A program made the translations under genes and the position numbers. From Phoronis australis (Eukaryota > Animalia > Phoronida): 64,000 nucleotides of DNA. The DNA lies in the NCBI GenBank assembly GCA_002633005.1, contig NMRA01000379.1, positions 1 through 64,000 of the forward strand, in the 5' to 3' direction. The notes beneath the pieces are model-generated. The model saw only the letters and a list, made by a program, of their open reading frames with translations. It did no database searches and had not been told where the DNA came from. Positions 24,901 through 37,400 of this stretch are shown here, piece by piece (within the stretch, counting starts at the first letter, position 1; each line of letters starts with the position of its first letter).

Positions 24901-27900
24901 GTAGTATTAGTTAGAACAACTATAGGACCTGTTCTCGTATGTTAACAAGAACAACGCAGAGTGTTCAAATGTGCCCACTACTGCAATGCAAATGGTGTGC
25001 TTCTAGTATCATAAAAATGACCATTAGGTGGCGCAGAATATGTCGAACACATCCGAATATGGGAAGGTGTCATCATCACCTTAATAAGAAGCTTTTTGCT
25101 AATTGGAAATCAGTCACAGATTACAGAGTCGAACATGAAAAAACAATTGACATTAGGAAGGGAAGTTCTAGTCCAATCTGTCCATCTGTTTTTCAGTTAA
25201 CAGGTCACTTGCCAAACTTTTGAAAGATCTTGCAAGTGCATAGATACAGCCACTAGTGAAAACATGTCACTAGGGGGCACCAGAGTAGTTGAACCCATGT
25301 GAAAATACATGTCAGTTGTGCTCTTGTGCGTAGGAATACATTAATTTGCATGCTTTCACAATGATCCATGGAGCAGTTTGGCAAATACAGAGACTCAGAA
25401 ATAATAAAAATGACCACCAGGTAGCACAGAATATGTCAAATCCATCCCTGCTATTGCCGTCATAACAAAAACTTGTTTGCCGCATTTCAGTAGAAACTGC
25501 CAAGGAATTCTGAAGAGACAGAAGCAGAAAATAAGATTGCCACTAGGTGGCATAGCAATAGTCGGATCACTCGTCAGTTTCATATTAACACATAATATGT
25601 CCAGTCTGATTAAGGTCGTGCAAGGCATTTAGGAGATACAGCGCCCTATGGTGGACAGCCAGACAGAGATGACGGCAATATGCACCCACATGCAAATGAT
25701 GTGGGTGCATAAAAAGAAATTACGTATTGTGTAGTATTGAGTTGCCTGCCCATACTTTTAAACTTATTTTTTTAATTGAAGACACCTGCAGTTATTGATT
25801 TGACTTTAATTTATTTAAGCCCCAAGTAACGCCATCTTTGAAAACATGATTGTAGTTACTAGTGCTGGTTTTGCTGGTATTTTGAGATGGGACACTTTGT
25901 TTTTGGTTTTTAACGTGGCAAATCACCACTCCCCAATACGATGAAACTGGAATCAATGGAGTTTATTGGTTATTTCTTCTGCAATTTTGCTGTTGCTTAA
26001 TATGTGGTTTGTTTTTAAACTTTCACCTAGAAGTTTGTGATTTTGGCTTGACATAATTAACAGAGCGTGTGGCTTTTATAACAAGTTGGTAAAGCGACCT
26101 TTGGATTTTTAAATCAAATACAACTAGTTAGCAAATGATAAGTTGTCTTACAAACTGTTTGGCAATATGCTTGTTAATCGCTGACTGGTTGCAAGCATTA
26201 TTTTTTATTTCGTTGAGAGTCACAAATTAAAGAGAACAGCCAATCAATGTGTACTTTTTGCATCGTGCTGTGGTGCTAAATAATGAAGAGCGTGAATTGA
26301 GCTTCTTAATTTTGAAAATAATTAATTGAACTCACGATTATGATGTGCAGTGATGTTAAGGTTATGCAGGGCTCCAGAAAAATGTCCAGTTTTGGCCAAT
26401 CACAGAACAGCGTGTGTCGGCTGAAAGGATTCGCATGAACATGTCAGATACTTTGTTTGACACACTGCTTTACAAAATGCTGAAATTGGTTATAATAATG
26501 TGCTTCACTTTAGCATGAGGGGATATCAAAATAAGCAGGAATTATATGAATTTTATGTCAGAAAAAAATTAAAGTTACATAAGACAAAAACGAAACTATA
26601 ATTTAGAAAACTGTAACAGCGTTTTTGCGATTTTATCTTTACATCGTTTGAAATATGGTCATGTTATTGAAGTTATTATTTTGCCTTGAAATTGTATCTT
26701 ATTTTTTGCTGATAATTTTCCTGAAAAAACCAGGTCATGCAACCTATTTAGTGGCATATTGGTACAAATTCAAAAATCAAATTCTACAGAGTTACTACTT
26801 TCAGAAAATATAAACTTTTGCTGAGTTAAATTCTAGGTACTTGTCGATAAGGTCCTACACAGTCTTAAGGGGGTTCAAAGTTGGTGGCATCACCAAAACA
26901 TGGTAGTGCAGTGTACTAGATACTTTGAAATGTTGAATGTTTGTCTGTGTTTTAGCTGGTTGAGGGCCTTGCCTTTCTTCACAATGACGCAAAGATGTTA
27001 CATCGCAATGTTTGTCTAGAGTCGGTCATCATCAATAAGAATGGTGCGTGGAAGTTGTCTGGATTTGAATCTTCATTGAAGAGTTGCAACCCCTCCAGCC
27101 AACAGGTGGGGTGTTAGTCTCTTGTGAAATGAGAGACTGTGACAATAATGACCCAATATCATGAATGCAGTGCTTTTGGTGCTAGGATTACTGTAAAATT
27201 TCAACCAATTTTGGACATTAACAGTTGCCAAAATTGATCTTTTTCCATTTATTTAGAGCTTATGTCTGCTATGAATTCCGTCAATGGCAGCGATGAGATA
27301 GAACTTTAGAAAGTGACCAAGAAATCGTCGGGTTGTCCTGTCACTTTTAAATAATTTTCAAATGATGCGTTGGTTAAATGTTATTTTGTCTTAAATTTTG
27401 CTGTGTATAGAGTGCAAAATGTAATAATGTCTGTGATACCTGTCACAGACAGGTTCATTGGGGATATGGTGGTGCATTAATCCCATCCCCAGACCATCCC
27501 CGTGACAGCAGAAGGTGCAGAACTCCAGGGCTGACGTTGCCTGTAAGCATCTGATTTGACAACACTTGGGCACGGCTCTTCTTGTGACTTTTAGCAGCAT
27601 GGCCATCAATAATACCGGCTTCGAGCAGTCGGCTACCATCATTAAACTAGTGCAAAATGTAAAATTTTGAATTCAAGTAAAAATTGGCTGACAGCTTGAA
27701 AAGTGAAACTCTATGCGCTTCAATTCTGTCAAACACGATGTATGGGAGATTCCATGAGAGATCGGTCCGCAGGTATTGAATTTCATTTATGTATGCATGA
27801 CATTTTGAAATGGCATCATTTCCAAATATTTTTTACTAAAATTGGTTTTTGTCAACATTTAAGTTTTTGTTTCATATTAAGTTTTTGATTAAATATATTA

Positions 27901-28376
27901 TAAAGAAGGTGAATTTTATTTAGTTTGAAGCTAGTGTTAGTTTTAGCCTGTTACAAGGTAGGAACGTAGACACTTATTGTCATGCTAAATTTTGTGGAAA
28001 TGAAGTTTCTTGAAGTTCTAATTATCAGATCAATTAAACCTCATAGCAACTTGGTTACTGTAAAAACGTTGTTTATGACAGTGTGTTACTACTTAGTGAC
28101 ACTGTTCAGGACGAGGGTACACAACCTCGTGACATTTCAAGAGCAAAATGACAGGCAATAAATGTGATTTGTGTGAGCCGGTCGTTACGTAAAAGGCTTA
28201 TTATAATTTGGCCAGCAGCTTATGAAATTGTGAGATGGAATTTGGCTGTGACAGCTAGTAATACCTGCTTCGATGAACTGAAATACTACAAACCAGTCAA
28301 TCTCACACAAGATTCTGGAAGGTGTTGTTACATAATGATTAAAATAGTTACTGGCCAGGATTTGATCATTCCTTCG

Positions 28377-28423
<47 letters not shown>

Positions 28424-31400
28424 NNNNNNNNNNNNNNNNNNNNNNNNNNNNNNNNNNNNNNNNNNNNNNNNNNNNNNNNNNNNNNNNNNNNNNNNNNNNN
28501 NNNNNNNNNNNNNNNNNNNNNNNNNNNNNNNNNNNNNNNNNNNNNNNNNNNNNNNNNNNNNNNNNNNNNNNNNNNNNNNNNNNNNNNNNNNNNNNNNNNN
28601 NNNNNNNNNNNNNNNNNNNNNNNNNNNNNNNNNNNNNNNNNNNNNNNNNNNNNNNNNNNNNNNNNNNNNNNNNNNNNNNNNNNNNNNNNNNNNNNNNNNN
28701 NNNNNNNNNNNNNNNNNNNNNNNNNNNNNNNNNNNNNNNNNNNNNNNNNNNNNNNNNNNNNNNNNNNNNNNNNNNNNNNNNNNNNNNNNNNNNNNNNNNN
28801 NNNNNNNNNNNNNNNNNNNNNNNNNNNNNNNNNNNNNNNNNNNNNNNNNNNNNNNNNNNNNNNNNNNNNNNNNNNNNNNNNNNNNNNNNNNNNNNNNNNN
28901 NNNNNNNNNNNNNNNNNNNNNNNNNNNNNNNNNNNNNNNNNNNNNNNNNNNNNNNNNNNNNNNNNNNNNNNNNNNNNNNNNNNNNNNNNNNNNNNNNNNN
29001 NNNNNNNNNNNNNNNNNNNNNNNNNNNNNNNNNNNNNNNNNNNNNNNNNNNNNNNNNNNNNNNNNNNNNNNNNNNNNNNNNNNNNNNNNNNNNNNNNNNN
29101 NNNNNNNNNNNNNNNNNNNNNNNNNNNNNNNNNNNNNNNNNNNNNNNNNNNNNNNNNNNNNNNNNNNNNNNNNNNNNNNNNNNNNNNNNNNNNNNNNNNN
29201 NNNNNNNNNNNNNNNNNNNNNNNNNNACACAGACAAGGCATAGTTACCTTAAACAAACCCATACTGACCCCCTATTATTTAAATAGCTAGGGGTTAAATG
29301 CTCCTTTAATCAATCTATTAAAATTGTCAAACTTAAGACATTAGTTATTGTTGCAGGCTTCCTTCCCGTTCAAAGAGTGGGATGAGAACATTCCTCCTGT
29401 TGTCCAACCCAATCTTGATTTCCTCGCCCCTGAGTTTATCCTCACAATGACGTGTCACATAGCTAGCGACTTGTACTCTCTCGGAATTCTCATCTACGCT
29501 CTCTACAATGGTGGTAGACCACTTTTTGAATGTCAAAGTCAGCTGAGCGCGTTCAGGAGTAATGCTGCCGAGGTACGTGTCAACTTGTTGTGTTATTGGT
29601 ATTCAAAAAAGTTTGATTATTTTCCTTTCGTCTAAAATTGAAGACGTTGTGAAGCAAAAAAATTTTGGCTAATTTAAAATGATTTAATATTTCTGGTTAG
29701 TTTCCTTTATTCTGTGTTTTTCTATTAATTGGATAAACTTATGATTTGTTTTATTGAAAACTAAGCAGTCACTGCGCCAGTTTGATCGCTGTGTTGTTTT
29801 TATTAAGCAAATTAAATAAGATCGCAAAAATGTTAAATATTTATTATAAGTCGTGTATTTCATTATCTAGACATATTGCCTAGCACTTGAATGCAGCTCC
29901 GCCTTTTGTCATCAAACTAAGTGAGCCGTTACCGGAATTATCATACTTACCATAAGTCAAACATACAAGAAAAACAAACTTTGCTTTGTTGACAAATGAC
30001 CCTTAGAGATTTTTAGAATGTGTTCAGTGGTTTCACTTATTGTCACAATTTTCTGTCCGCAAACTCATTCTTTATAGAAATACAAAATATCTTGCCACGA
30101 TTTTGAAAGTTAATGGAATGTTTCTGTTTCCTGATGTGACCTGTGTTCTTGTGCATTACTTATGTGCAGCTGCGCCGTCTCAAAGGTTCAGTTCTTGGCA
30201 AAGTTCCAGATGAGATGAGGGACCACGTGAAGCTACTGCTTAACGTTGAACCCAGCGTGCGGCCTGATGCTCACCAAATGTCTCAGGTAAAATTTATCTA
30301 CTGTAGTTGATTTCTTAGTGTGCTTCGGTTTCGTGCGTGTGTAATATTTACTACAACTCATGTGGAGCAAATTGTTTCTGTAGTTGCTCATTTTCGGTTA
30401 TTGGAACTTGTTCTCCTGCTGAACATATTCCTAATTCTCGCGAAATCAGGGTATGTTATTTTCCTTCACGACAATGTTCTTTGTAAAAGCAGTGCGTTGC
30501 AATGTGTTTTGAGATAGTTCCTTTACTGGACACTTGTTCTTGGGTTGTTCCTTGTTATTGATGCTTTTTTGTCTTATTGCACTTCTCTCTGCTTTGCTTC
30601 ACATATTTGCATCACTCCATGACTCTGCACGTTGATAGGTTCCTGGTGATATTTTCTTTATTTTGCAGCATTGGCTCTAATGTGCTTTCTGCAAATCTGA
30701 GTGTTAATGGTCATCTATTTTGAACTCTGCAGCACTCAAACATTCCCCCTGTTATTCAGATAGCTTATTCATTGGCTTTCCAGATTAGAAAATTCGGTTA
30801 GTGTTTTCTTGCACATCTGTATGTACTTTCAGCTGCCGTTCTTCCAAGATGTGGGTGTGATAACCCTCCACTATTTGGACACCCTGTTCCACCAACAGGA
30901 CAACCTTGCCAAGTCCAAGTTCTTCAAGGGGCTCCCTCAAGTGGTTGTCAAGATGCCCAAGGTATAGTACTCCAATGTATTGGATGACCAATTGTCCCAA
31001 AGGTATAGTACTCCAATGTATTGGATGACCAATTGTCCCAAAGGTATAGTACTCCAATGTATTGGATGACCAATTGTCCCAAAGGTATAGTACTCCAATG
31101 TATTGGATGACCAATTGTCCCAAAGGTATAGTACTCCAATGTATTGGATGACCAATTGTCCCAAAGGTATAGTACTCCAATGTATTGGATGACCAATTGT
31201 CCCAAAGGTATAGTACTCCAATGTATTGGATGACCAATTGTCCCAAAGGTATAGTACTCCAATGTATTGGATGACCAATTGTCCCAAAGGTATAGTACTC
31301 CAATGTATTGGATGACCAATTGTCCCAAAGGTATAGTACTCCAATGTATTGGATGACCAATTGTCCCAAAGGTATAGTACTCCAATGTATTGGATGACCA

Positions 31401-34400
31401 ATTGTCCCAAAGGTATAGTACTCCAATGTATTGGATGACCAATTGTCCCAAAGGTATAGTACTCCAATGTATTGGATGACCAATTGTCCCAAAGGTATAG
31501 TACTCCAATGTATTGGATGACCAATTGTCCCAAAGGTATAGTACTCCAATGTATTGGATGACCAATTGTCCCAAAGGTATAGTACTCCAATGTATTGGAT
31601 GACCAATTGTCCCAAAGGTATAGTACTCCAATGTATTGGATGACCAATTGTCCCAAAGGTATAGTACTCCAATGTATTGGATGACCAATTGTCCCAAAGG
31701 TATAGTACTCCAATGTATTGGATGACCAATTGTCCCAAAGGTATAGTACTCCAATGTATTGGATGACCAATTGTCCCAAAGGTATAGTACTCCAATGTAT
31801 TGGATGACCAATTGTCCCAAAGGTATAGTACTCCAATGTATTGGATGACCAATTGTCCCAAAGGTATAGTACTCCAATGTATTGGATGACCAATTGTCCC
31901 AAAGGTATAGTACTCCAATGTATTGGATGACCAATTGTCCCAAAGGTATAGTACTCCAATGTATTGGATGACCAATTGTCCCAAAGGTATAGTACTCCAA
32001 TGTATTGGATGACCAATTGTCCCAAAGGTATAGTACTCCAATGTATTGGATGACCAATTGTCCCAAAGGTATAGTACTCCAATGTATTGGATGACCAATT
32101 GTCCCAAAGGTATAGTACTCCAATGTATTGGATGACCAATTGTCCCAAAGGTATAGTACTCCAATGTATTGGATGACCAATTGTCCCAAAGGTATAGTAC
32201 TCCAATGTATTGGATGACCAATTGTCCCAAAGGTATAGTACTCCAATGTATTGGATGACCAATTGTCCCGAAGGTATAGTACTCCAATGTATTGGATGAC
32301 CAATCGTCTTCCATCACAGTCTGCGCGGGCATTCCTATCAACATTTTTCTTTGCAACATTTTTTTTTCTTGTTCACTTAATAGTTCTTTCAGATCTTCAT
32401 TATTTATCTCATGACCATATTTTTTGCATGGAGCAGTGGTCTTTTCTCTGAAACCTAATTTTGTGTTCAGAAGAAAAATGATGGTAATAAAATGTTGATT
32501 TTTATTACAAAAATGATTTTAAAAAATGATTGAAATTTAAAAACATTTCTCACTCTTTGCTTTTGCGGCTGCTTTAGGATTTTTGGAAGGGGGTGATACA
32601 ACCTGGCTACTGTTTTGGAAGGAGGTGATACAACCTGGCTACTGTTTTGGAAGGGTGTGTTTCAACCTGGCTACTGTTTTGGAAGGGGGTGATACAAGCT
32701 GGCTACTCTTTTGGAAGGGGGTGATACAACCTGGCTACTGTTTTGGAAAGGGGTGATACAAACTGGCTACTGTTTTCTCATTAACCCGTGTTGTCACCAA
32801 TTTTAAAGGGTGACAAAAACAAAATTTTGAAAAGTATAAAAAAGTGTTTCCGACAACAAAAGATAAAAACTATAAGATATTATGAGGTGTGCATTCATCT
32901 AAAAGTAATTTTGAGCTGCTTCTCTTGTTGACCGCAGGGTGGCTTAAACTGCTGGTACCATTGTCAATAAAAGTTCAATGACACTCATGCTAAACATTCC
33001 CACGTAAATTAGACAAGTCAGACAAAGATGGAGCATCTTGCAGGGAACTCTGGTAGTCACGTTACAGCCTCCAGCACGTGGTCAGGTTCGTGCTGGCCGA
33101 AAATACAGTCAAGTTCCTGACTATTGACTTTCTTATTTGGAAAGTCACGTGAGTTGGTACTCAGAGGGTGAGATTATGAAATAATACATTGTCGTTAACC
33201 AAAGCACCTGAAAATGGAGTGAAAAGTATAAGAGAGAACTATTGCAATGTGGAGACAAATCTGTGCGCTTGTAATTGTTGAGAGGCCAACCTTCATTGCT
33301 AACCATGACCCAGTAAGAATACATGAGAGATGTCTAGTCTCTGTTGCGGTTCTAGTGTGGGAACATGGATGTTAACACCCATGCACAAAGGAGTCATAAA
33401 TACACGAATCTAAACTCTCATGGACAGCAGAACCAAATAAACCACAAATCAGACTGATTCATCATTACCTAGTTTTTCAGTACTTATTAAGGCATGTGTG
33501 CACAAATGAGTGATTGGAAAAAATTCAGTTTCATGCATTTTAGAGGATCAATCTGGAGCGCATGCTGCCTTCGTTGTTCCAAGCGTGTGCTAACCACGAT
33601 ATGGTACCGTTTGTCCTTCCCAATATTTTGCTGGTTGCCGAGAAGGTGGAGAGTCACGAGTTTGTCAAGCACATCCTGCCCGATCTAAAGTCACTGTTCG
33701 CCATCACTGAACCTGTTCAGGTAAACATCACTGCAGTAATTGTTATTGCTGCATATTTTAATTTTTTGTAAAAATTTTAATTTCGGTAATGCAGTTTTCG
33801 TGGAAGTCAGTTTCATTTCCCCAGTAGTAAAGCCAATTAGTGTTCTTTTGTCCACAAATGATGGCAGAATATCACTAATTTTGGACAAAAATAATTGTCC
33901 CTTTACTGTGTCCAAGGGTTTCAAACAGTGTGTAGTGTAACTGTCAGTCAAATGAATGTTAACTGTGTATCTTCTTGCACACACCTGAAGGAAACAAATG
34001 AAAGCAAATCAAATTGAGATAGCATAAGGTGTTTTAATTGTTTGTAAACATTTTATTAACCAATTTGGTTAATGGGGCATTCCAATAGAAAATACATTTT
34101 GAAATTCACATTGTGCAGCATTTTTACAACACTGCTAATTAATGTGAGTCTGTTTCATGAAAAGGAGAAATTTGGTCTTGCACTCCCACTTCAGTCTGAA
34201 ACGGATGTATTCAGCGGTATTGGCTGACGTTTTTTGTCTGTGTTTTATAGGTTCTGCTGATCTTTATGCAAAACATGAGCCTGCTGCTGAGTAAGACTCC
34301 AGCAGACGACATCAAGTGTCACGTGCTACCCATGATTTTCAGAGCGATCGAATCATCTGCTCCTCAAATACAAGTAAGTGCTTCACTGAAGGTGGCTGAC

Positions 34401-37400
34401 AGAATATTCTGCTTTGAAGGTATTTCTGGATTTAAGAAAAAGTGAAATTTTACAGAGCTTGAGACCAGGCTTGATAGGTTGTCTTATTCGTATAGACAGG
34501 TCTATGTCTATTATGGTATCGAGCAATAAGGAACTGTCACCTGTTCTCAAACTCACAAATCAGTTATGAGATAGAAACAAGTTAGGACAAATTTTGTAAC
34601 ACAGTAAGTGGTTTATATATATTCAACAGTTAGTTTTTGCTTAAGTGAAGGTCATATCTGTAAGTTTTAGTTGTCAAAACATGACTGGGAATAGTTGTTT
34701 TTATACCAGGACATGGTTTGTAATGGTTACTAGGTAATGTTTAGAAATAAGTCATACTCAGGAGACATTATCTGCTAACTTGAGGCAAGTTGACTGAACA
34801 TTTGTTTTCATGTTGACTGGCATGTGCTTGGACACTTGTTGCGCTATACACCACTGTATAGTGAAGAAGAAAAAGTGCCCAGTTTGCCTTTGTACCGTAA
34901 AATATCAGTTTGGCCATCCATTGCTTTTAAATTAAAGTGTTTTTTTGAGATGATTTTAAGTCCTGCTAGAAACACTGCAGTGTATCAGAGCCAACATAAA
35001 AAAATTAGCAGACAGTGTATCTAGTGCGTTTTTGCTTAATTAATTTCTTAATGTTACAACGAGTGGCAGCTTTTACTTTTAAACGTACCATCATTCTGGA
35101 AATGTCGCACAGCTGTGGATGACCTTGTAGAACCTCACTCATCTATCTTGACTGTTGTGCGAGGCTCTCAAAGGTAACCCAGGCATGTTCCCTGTGTTCA
35201 GTCTTGATTTACTTTCTCTTCAGGAGTTGTGTCTGCAGGTTCTGCCCACCTTTGCTTCATTGATCGAGTACAGCTCCATGAAGAATGCGGTGATACCACG
35301 GCTCAAGAAGCTGTGTCTAGCTACACAGTCACTGAATGTAAGTGATACCATGGCTCAAGGAGCTGTGTCTAGCTACGCAGTCACTGAATGTAAGTGATAC
35401 CACGACTCAAAGAGCTGTGTCTGTCTATACAGTCACTGAATGTAAGTGATACCACGGCTCAAGAAGCTGTGTCTAGCTACACAGTCACTGAATGTAAGAT
35501 CAATGAATCAGTGTGAAGACAGAGTGCAGTGTCTGGCATTAGTGATATTCTCGGCATTTAACAATTAAACAAAAAGCAAATTAAAACATTTGAAAGATAT
35601 CAATTAAAACTCACACATGGCAGTTTTTATGAAAGTTGTAAAACGGAGTTAAAAACAGGAGGCACTAAATACTGTCAGGTTTTGCTGTGTACTGTCAGGT
35701 TTTGCCTTGCACTATTTTGCTGAAAGTATTTTCATTCGCTCAGCCTTCATGACATAAGTTATCACACTAATGAATCATTCTACTATGCTATGAATTTGCT
35801 ACCCTAAAGGAAAATATCAACAACCAGTCTCAAATTTTGTGATCTTTGTCTGGTGATTCTTACCTTTATTTACTTGTAGATCCGTGTCAACAGCTTGGTA
35901 TGCATTGGTAAACTGATGGAGTTCCTTGACCGTTGGGCAGTACTTGATGATGTCCTGCCCATGTTACCTGAGATAAACTGCAGGGAACCAGCTGTTCTCA
36001 TGAGCATCTTAGGTATTTGTATACACTTTCAGCGGTCACTCGGTAGTCCCTTTACACTTCTTCACAGTGCTCAGTGGTCACTCGGTAGTCTCTTTACAAT
36101 TCTCCACAGTGCTCAGTGGTCACTCTAGTCTCTTTACACTTCTTCACAGTGCTCAGTGGTCACTCGGTAGTCTCTTTACAATTCTCCACAGTGCTCAGTG
36201 AATTATTAGTAATTTGCTGTAGTTTATGTTTGCTCTGCAAACTGTGTTGTTGGCAAACAATTGTCAAATTTTAAACAATTTACATGAACTATGTAAATTA
36301 ATTTTACCAAAAATTTGGAAATTGTCACTTGAACGGCTTTTAAGACAAGGTAAAACGTAATCATATTGGATGGTAATTACCTAGTCCAGGAAATATGTTC
36401 CGATGTTTTGTAATTATGTTTGTTATCATTGTGCTGGAAAACATATTGTCTAACTTGTTCACCGATAAAACTTGCTACCTCAACTTGTAAGTGAAATATG
36501 TCTAAGGTTGCACACCCGCACAGTAATGTACTCAATTATTGATACTATCTGATATTGATATTTTCTTAATTGATAAACATTGTAGTTTAACAGTATTTTT
36601 GATGACTTGCAAAAATATGCACAAATAGCCTTATGACTGTGCTCGCATATATTGGTCAAGTTCTCTAAATTATACTCTTTAATAGTAAATCTGTGGTACT
36701 GTTTGCCAAAGTATCTCAAGACACCCCAATATTCTTAAAATATTGATTAATACTTGATTATAAGTTATTATAATATTTACTAAATAATGTTTATGGCTTC
36801 CATACAGTGACTAAAATTATCTTAATCTTTATTTCTGTTGAGAATCAGTCAAAATGAAATTTTACTTAACTGCCACATCGTGTGTAAGGGCATGAAAATT
36901 TTCCATACTTTTAGCTATGGGTACGAACAAAATATCTTACCAACTTAGAACATGCTATGGCAGACTAGTGAAGTTTTCAAAATAAAATGCTTTTCATCGA
37001 TAAACCTTATACCAATAGCTATCATCGATAAAACCTTATACTAATAGCTATCATCAAACAATCGTTCTGAGAAATTGTGAGCGTTCACAACCAAAAAGTC
37101 TTTTGGGCAATAGATTTTCATTTATTTAGTACGTAATTGGTGAGATTTGATTCTAGTTTACTGGGCCAGGTATTTCCATATTAATTACTGTCACTTTGCA
37201 ACTGCACTTGAGTACTAGTATTCAGCTGCAACTTGGTTTCACCTCTCCCCTGTTCCTCATCAGGTATCTACAAAGTGGCCCTGACCCATGAGAAGCTCGG
37301 TATCACTAAAGACATTCTTGCCACCAAAGTGCTGCCCTTTCTCATACCCCTGAGTATTGACAACAAACTCAACCTGTCACAGGTAAGACCTTTATAAAAC

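Noticed and set aside
28164-29262. ORFs of about 300-360 aa
   Set aside because: They run through the N gap and the (AC)n repeat
30961-32304. CRISPR-like appearance of the 41-bp array (internal palindromes)
   Set aside because: Units are contiguous and identical with no unique spacers, no cas genes, eukaryotic context
30785-32359. Three long minus-strand ORFs (441-524 aa) with a 41-aa periodic sequence
   Set aside because: Artefact of a 41-bp unit with no minus-strand stop codon; all three frames give the same peptide, and the region is a SCYL2 intron
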